Positions 59,270-64,000 of a DNA stretch of 64,000 nt are shown here, one piece after another. The stretch spans positions 4,752 to 68,751 of the forward strand of contig CAZUTO010000007.1 in assembly GCA_964623085.1 (NCBI GenBank). The letters are read 5' to 3'. Position 1 is the first letter of the stretch, and every line of letters begins with the position of its first letter. The DNA comes from an uncultured Porticoccaceae bacterium. GTDB taxonomy: Bacteria > Pseudomonadota > Gammaproteobacteria > Pseudomonadales > GM7GCV1. The notes under the pieces are model-generated. The model was given only the letters and a program-made list of their open reading frames with translations, ran no database searches and was not told the origin of the DNA. The position numbers and the translations under genes were made by a program.

Positions 59270-60757
59270 ATGACAGTGCGCGTTCGAATTGCCCCTTCAC
59301 CAACTGGTGACCCCCATGTCGGCACCGCCTACATTGCGTTATTTAATCTTGCCTATGCACGCCAGCACGGCGGTAAATTTGTGCTGCGTATTGAAGATAC
59401 GGATCGTGCTCGAAGCACGCCACAATCTGAGCGCGCTATTTTGGACAGTTTGCGGTGGATGGGATTGGATTGGGACGAAGGTCCCGATGTAGGTGGCGAG
59501 TTTGGCCCTTATCGACAGAGTGAGCGAGGCGATATCTATGCAGCGCATGCGCAACAGTTAGTGGAAGCGGGCAAGGCTTTTCATTGTTATCGAACCTCCG
59601 AAGAATTGGATGCAATGCGCGCAGAGCGCAGAGAACAAGGTATTCAGCGCGCGTTTAAACAATCCGATTTACAACTTTCGGAAGAAGAAGTGGCGCGGAG
59701 GCAATCAGAAAACCAGCCCTATGTGGTGAGAATGGTGGTTCCGGAAGAGGGCGATTGTGTAATTGAGGATCACTTGCGTGGAGAGATAGAGCTCGATTGG
59801 GCAAATGTGGACGCGCAGATATTGCTCAAAGCCGATGGTATGCCGACCTATCATTTGGCCAATGTGGTCGATGATCACTTGATGAAGATCACCCATGTGA
59901 TTCGTGGAGAAGAGTGGATCAACTCAGCGCCGAAGCACAAACTACTCTACGAATATTTTGGATGGGATATGCCGGTATTGGTACATATGCCGCTGTTGCG
60001 CAATCCCGACAAATCAAAGCTTAGCAAGCGTAAGAATCCGACCAGTATTAATTATTATCGTGATATGGGTTATATGCCTGAGGCGCTCACGAACTATTTG
60101 GGCCGCATGGGCTGGTCCATGCCTGACGAATCTGAAAAATTTAGTTTGGATACGATGATTGCAAACTTCAATATTGAAAAGGTCTCTCTTGGCGGGCCGG
60201 TTTTTGATGTCGAAAAGCTCAGTTGGCTGAACGGTTTATGGATTAGAGAAGATCTAGACGAGAAACAGTTTGCGGATCGTGTCGCTAAGTGGGCGTTGAA
60301 TGAAGAGTATCTAGGACAGATTATTCCACTGATTAAAGACCGCGTTGAAAAATTTACCGATATTGCACCCCTCACAGGCCTGTTTTTTAACGGCTTACCC
60401 ATGCTTTCTGAAGAGGCTTTTGATGGGCTAAAAATCGAGCGTGAAAAGCAAATAGAGGTATTGCAATTTGCGTCTTGGTATCTCGATGATCAAAAGAGCT
60501 GGGAACGAGATGAGCTTTATGAAGGTCTTAATCGGATTGCACAGGCAATGGAAATCAAAGTACGCGATTTTCTTCAGCCTTTGTTTGTTGCCATGAGCGG
60601 CTCCAAGGTTTGCCCACCCTTGTTCGATTGTATGGTTATTCTCGGGCCGGATATCACGCGCGCGCGGGTTCGCAACGCATTAAATACGCTTGGTGGGGTG
60701 TCTAAAAAGCAAACAAAGCGGCTGGAAAAAACCTATCGGGAATTAAATAACCCCTAA
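59270..60757 (+). CDS. gltX: glutamate--tRNA ligase
   Basis: [16 protein letters not shown] (HIGH-type) and KLSKRK (KMSKS-type) motifs; 495 aa. Confidence 0.95.
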   Translation: MTVRVRIAPSPTGDPHVGTAYIALFNLAYARQHGGKFVLRIEDTDRARSTPQSERAILDSLRWMGLDWDEGPDVGGEFGPYRQSERGDIYAAHAQQLVEAGKAFHCYRTSEELDAMRAERREQGIQRAFKQSDLQLSEEEVARRQSENQPYVVRMVVPEEGDCVIEDHLRGEIELDWANVDAQILLKADGMPTYHLANVVDDHLMKITHVIRGEEWINSAPKHKLLYEYFGWDMPVLVHMPLLRNPDKSKLSKRKNPTSINYYRDMGYMPEALTNYLGRMGWSMPDESEKFSLDTMIANFNIEKVSLGGPVFDVEKLSWLNGLWIREDLDEKQFADRVAKWALNEEYLGQIIPLIKDRVEKFTDIAPLTGLFFNGLPMLSEEAFDGLKIEREKQIEVLQFASWYLDDQKSWERDELYEGLNRIAQAMEIKVRDFLQPLFVAMSGSKVCPPLFDCMVILGPDITRARVRNALNTLGGVSKKQTKRLEKTYRELNNP

Positions 60758-60771
60758 GCACGGAGATAATC

Positions 60772-61461
60772 ATGATTGAACTCTATACAGCGAAAACGCC
60801 CAACGGCCAAAAAGCCTCAATTGCGTTGGAAGAAATGGGGCTGGAGTATGAAGTGCATGCTATTAGCCTGTCTGAGAAAACGCAGAAAGAAGATTGGTTT
60901 TTAAAGATTAATCCTAATGGGCGTATCCCCGCTATTGTTGATCGAGACAATGATGATTTTTGCGTATTTGAATCCGGCGCAATCTTGATTTATTTGGCTG
61001 AAAAATCTGGTCGATTTTTACCATCGGAAGCTAATTCGCGTTCAGAAGTGATCCAGTGGTTAATGTTTCAAATGGGTGGTGTCGGGCCCATGCAAGGGCA
61101 GGCAAATGTTTTTTATCGTTATGCTGAAGAAAAAATCCCTTATGCGATTACGCGTTATCAGACTGAAGTCCGACGTCTTTACCAAGTGTTGGATGGACGT
61201 CTTGCAAGAGTAGAGTACTTAGCGGGTGACTATTCCATTGCTGATATGGCGACCTATCCTTGGGTTCGGAAATATGATTGGGCGGGTGTTTCGATTGACG
61301 GTTTACCTCATCTTGAGCGTTGGTTAGAAGAAGTAGGTGTAAGGCCCGCTGTAATTCGTGGAATTGAAATTCCTGAGGAATTCGATGCATCTACTACTAA
61401 AGACGCGAGCGATGATCAGATTCAGACAAAAATATCCTCTATTCGAAAATTTGTAGACTAG
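60772..61461 (+). CDS. Nu-class glutathione S-transferase (YfcG-like)
   Basis: 229 aa: [45 protein letters not shown], very like E. coli YfcG/YghU-type GSTs. Confidence 0.82.
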   Translation: MIELYTAKTPNGQKASIALEEMGLEYEVHAISLSEKTQKEDWFLKINPNGRIPAIVDRDNDDFCVFESGAILIYLAEKSGRFLPSEANSRSEVIQWLMFQMGGVGPMQGQANVFYRYAEEKIPYAITRYQTEVRRLYQVLDGRLARVEYLAGDYSIADMATYPWVRKYDWAGVSIDGLPHLERWLEEVGVRPAVIRGIEIPEEFDASTTKDASDDQIQTKISSIRKFVD

Positions 61462-61472
61462 TCCAATCAGCA

Positions 61473-62363
61473 CTAGTTTGACGCACTAGCTTCTCGAGCC
61501 AGCATGGCGCGTTTGCGTGTGGTTCCCCAACGATAACCACCGAGCGAGCCGTTTTGCTGGACGACTCTATGGCAAGGAATGAGAAGGCCGATAGGGTTGG
61601 CACCAATGGCTGTGCCGACGGCGCGCACAGCCTTTGGTTTGCCAATGGCTGCGGCAATCTGAGAATAGCTCGTAACAGTTCCGCTTGGTAGTTTAAGAAG
61701 CGACTTCCATACGTTGATTTGAAAGTCGGTGCCAGACACCTCTAGGACGAGCTTTTTACTATCATCGCTAGCAGTATTACTAGTGTTAGCGCCAGCGCCA
61801 AAAATACGCTCTGCGAATTCATCGGCCTTTGATGAATCGGGCTTCGCATTGGCATTGGGCCAGTCTTTCGTTAGTCGCTGCAAAAATTGCTCTGTAGATT
61901 CTGAATCGGTAAACGCTAACCTTGCTATGCCTGCGCGAGTAAACGCAATCATAGCCTCACCGAAAGGTGTGTCTATCTGGCCATATCCTAATTGGTAAAG
62001 GTCTTGGTCGGGCTCCTTATATCGTTTGGTTGCCGCATTTAATACAACACCATGATTATCAAAATAATCATCGTCTGTGTTGAGTGCGAAAGCAGCATCG
62101 TACAAACGTACTTTTGTATGCTTCAACGTCAGTGTCTTTAAGAACTGCTTCGGTGTGATCTTGGCCCATCGATGGAGAAGCTGTTGAAGATCTGATTCAT
62201 CAAGATTCAACTCGCTCTCTATGGCTTCAAGTAACGGTTGCTCACCTGTACAGGACGATACGAACTCAATGGCTTGGGCCACCTTTTTGTAATCGCGTTC
62301 ATGTTGATTGCTTGCGTGAGTCAATTTATCGAAGCCTTGGGAAGAAAAAATACCCGCATTCAA
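61473..62363 (-). CDS. AraC-type HTH / methylated-DNA--protein-cysteine methyltransferase fusion (Ada-like without the N-terminal zinc sensor domain)
   Basis: The C-terminus has the PCHRV active site and VWKSLLKLPSGTVTSY..AVGTAIGANP (Ogt/Ada-C). The N-terminal part has one AraC-like helix-turn-helix repeat (..ITPKQFLKTLTLKH..) and no Cys4 cluster. Confidence 0.78.
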   Translation of the reverse strand: MNAGIFSSQGFDKLTHASNQHERDYKKVAQAIEFVSSCTGEQPLLEAIESELNLDESDLQQLLHRWAKITPKQFLKTLTLKHTKVRLYDAAFALNTDDDYFDNHGVVLNAATKRYKEPDQDLYQLGYGQIDTPFGEAMIAFTRAGIARLAFTDSESTEQFLQRLTKDWPNANAKPDSSKADEFAERIFGAGANTSNTASDDSKKLVLEVSGTDFQINVWKSLLKLPSGTVTSYSQIAAAIGKPKAVRAVGTAIGANPIGLLIPCHRVVQQNGSLGGYRWGTTRKRAMLAREASASN

Positions 62364-62401
62364 AGCGAGTCTATAGTCTAAGCAATCTGAATCCTGTGTG
62401 C

Positions 62402-63271
62402 TTATTCATTAGAGGAGTGAAGGGTGCTAAACGACGCGAAACTTGGAGTTAGTGATTCCGGTAGATGAAAGACTCGCCGTTCCTGGCTTAATGGGCAGTC
62501 AAAGGCCAAAAAACAGGCAACCAGACATAGGTCTGGATCTTCATCTCTGACATTAGGATCGTAAAGCCGGTCACCTAAAATGGGAAAATTCGCTTGCGAT
62601 AGGTGTTTTCTGATTTGATGTTTGCGGCCTGTTTTTATATCTACTTCAAGCAATGAGGTATCGGTGTTGTTCGAATGCATTATCGGAGCAACATGGGTTA
62701 ACGCACTTTGTGCATCAATATCTTGGTCAAAGGTTATTGGGGTTTCAATATTGCCTTTAACTAATGCTCGGTAGTGCTTTTCCACTTTTCGCGTTTGGAA
62801 CTGATCAGATAGCGCAGCAGCTATTTTCTTGGAATGCGCAATAAGCATGAGTCCAGATGCAGCTCGATCGAGGCGATGTACGATAAACGCGGGCCGCTGA
62901 GGCTCAATATGTGTTTCAACCCATCTTCCGAGAGTGCAGTGATCTCCCCATTTTGACCCTTGGCTCAGCATCCCATAAGGTTTGTACCAGATACTATAGC
63001 TTGTCTTATCGGTGATAAGCGCCGCTGGGTTTGGCTTGATGTCGAGTACCGACTCATCGTAGTAAATATGGACACTGTTACCGACCTCTAGTCGCTTGTC
63101 TGCCCGGCGAACGCGCTGAGTGTAGTTATCTTTTGTGAGCCAAACCGCACCTTTGTGCATCACCCTTTTGGCTTGCACGCGAGATAAGCTCTCTGCGTTG
63201 CAGACAATATCCACAATAGAGGTGTCTGGTTTTTCTACCTCAATATGGTGTTGACGCTTGTTTGTCGACAT
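62402..63271 (-). CDS. RluA-family pseudouridine synthase
   Basis: 289 aa with an S4-like N-terminal segment, an HRLDRAASG catalytic motif and a GRKHQIRKH block. Confidence 0.82.
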   Translation of the reverse strand: MSTNKRQHHIEVEKPDTSIVDIVCNAESLSRVQAKRVMHKGAVWLTKDNYTQRVRRADKRLEVGNSVHIYYDESVLDIKPNPAALITDKTSYSIWYKPYGMLSQGSKWGDHCTLGRWVETHIEPQRPAFIVHRLDRAASGLMLIAHSKKIAAALSDQFQTRKVEKHYRALVKGNIETPITFDQDIDAQSALTHVAPIMHSNNTDTSLLEVDIKTGRKHQIRKHLSQANFPILGDRLYDPNVRDEDPDLCLVACFLAFDCPLSQERRVFHLPESLTPSFASFSTLHSSNE

Positions 63272-63278
63272 TGTGTTA

Positions 63279-63785
63279 TTACAGAATCTCGTCTTTGTTA
63301 GTGATTGGATTAAGTAACAATGTCATATCGATATGCGAGATACCATCTTCGAGATAGGGCGTCCCCTTGGTTTTAAATCCAAAACTTTTGTAGAAATCGA
63401 TAAACTGTGTCTGCGCACTGATATGACATTCTGAATTTAGATACTTTTTCCGACATTCATCGATGCAAATTTCAACTAACTTCCTGCCGATTTTTCGACC
63501 GCGGTGGTTTTTTATTACCAGCACACGGCCAAAGGATGTGTTTAAACCTTTGAGCCCGGGAGGAAGAATACGTGCGTAGGCTACCAGCACTCCTTTGTTA
63601 TCGCGGCCGATCACGTGGCTACATTTTTCGTCGAGTGAATCAATGTCTTGGTAATCGCATTCTTGCTCAATAATAAACACTGCTTCTCGTATTTGAAATA
63701 TGTCCTGACGTTCAGAGCGAACGAGGGTGTGGTAATCCCTGATTTTCCAGTCAAGATCAAATTCCGTCGATGCTAGTCTGTTCAT
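63279..63785 (-). CDS. GNAT family N-acetyltransferase (ElaA-like)
   Basis: 168 aa: IREAVFIIEQECDYQDID...AYARILPP...GRVLV....RGRKIGRKL...FY..FGF, resembling E. coli ElaA. Confidence 0.78.
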   Translation of the reverse strand: MNRLASTEFDLDWKIRDYHTLVRSERQDIFQIREAVFIIEQECDYQDIDSLDEKCSHVIGRDNKGVLVAYARILPPGLKGLNTSFGRVLVIKNHRGRKIGRKLVEICIDECRKKYLNSECHISAQTQFIDFYKSFGFKTKGTPYLEDGISHIDMTLLLNPITNKDEIL

Positions 63786-64000
63786 TGGATATGACGATTT
63801 GAATTCATAATGTTTTGGAGTTTATGCATAGCGCTGGTAATAGCAGCAATATATTTGTGATGCAATCGCGTATTCATGGTGTCTGGACGCACTTTACACT
63901 GTCGCCTGTTATAAAATACCGCTAAATCTCCGCACTAAATAAGTTTGAGATAGTTTTGCAGGCCATTCAAAAAGATCGTTTCTTCTCAGTTCAAAGATCA

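Noticed and set aside
63909-64000. An open minus-strand frame entering from the right edge (..IFELRRNDLFEWPAKLSQTYLVRRFSGIL*).
   Set aside because: Only 30 codons are visible. An open stretch of that length is expected by chance, and no motif is recognisable, so it cannot be supported as a gene end.

Overview
This 64-kb window is core gammaproteobacterial chromosome. From memory, the gene order is closest to Pseudomonas/Cellvibrio-type genomes. Coding density is very high: about 60 protein genes, one tRNA-Ser(UGA) and the 4.5S/SRP RNA. I see no rRNA, CRISPR array, transposase, integrase, prophage or recognisable defence genes. Many neighbouring genes are translationally coupled through ATGA/TAATG-type overlaps.

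Gene order, left to right:
- the tail of a minus-strand nucleotide-sugar operon (manB-galU-pgi plus a partial ugd-like gene cut by the left edge and absent from the ORF track)
- tRNA-Ser
- rne with a roughly 570-bp leader
- rluC, a HAD phosphatase and maf
- yceD-rpmF-plsX-fabD-fabG-acpP
- pabC-mltG-tmk-holB-pilZ-tatD
- a dimeric dUTPase
- ftsB-ispD-ispF-truD
- pcm-DUF368-nlpD
- ffs (antisense orientation)
- dnaX-ybaB-recR
- rnd-ycgL-ycgN
- a small membrane protein followed by fadD
- hrpA
- mlaA with a REC-PP2C/STAS partner-switching pair
- tal-dusA
- a MacB-type ABC transporter plus a DUF3299 protein
- ndh, maeA, poxB and katG
- a five-gene plus-strand string (ALDH, ThDP enzyme, membrane-anchored GltS-like FMN protein, DoxX, glutaminase)
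- a cation:proton antiporter
- gltX
- a Nu-class GST
- a GNAT / RluA-family / AraC-Ogt operon

Verdict: I do not see a clear-cut novel defence or mobile system. The best candidates for something undescribed are:
1. The ALDH/ThDP/GltS-like/DoxX/glutaminase string at 51.7-57.8 kb, which reads as a glutamine-to-succinate shunt.
2. The Ugd-family gene at the left edge, whose cofactor and nucleophile motifs look dead.
3. The ABC+DUF3299 locus and the ORF-free structured region next to it.
4. A REC-PP2C/STAS module in a chromosome whose nlpD is not followed by rpoS.

dnaX carries a textbook-looking -1 frameshift cassette. All functional calls come from reading the translated ORFs and recalling family motifs. 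No database search was run.
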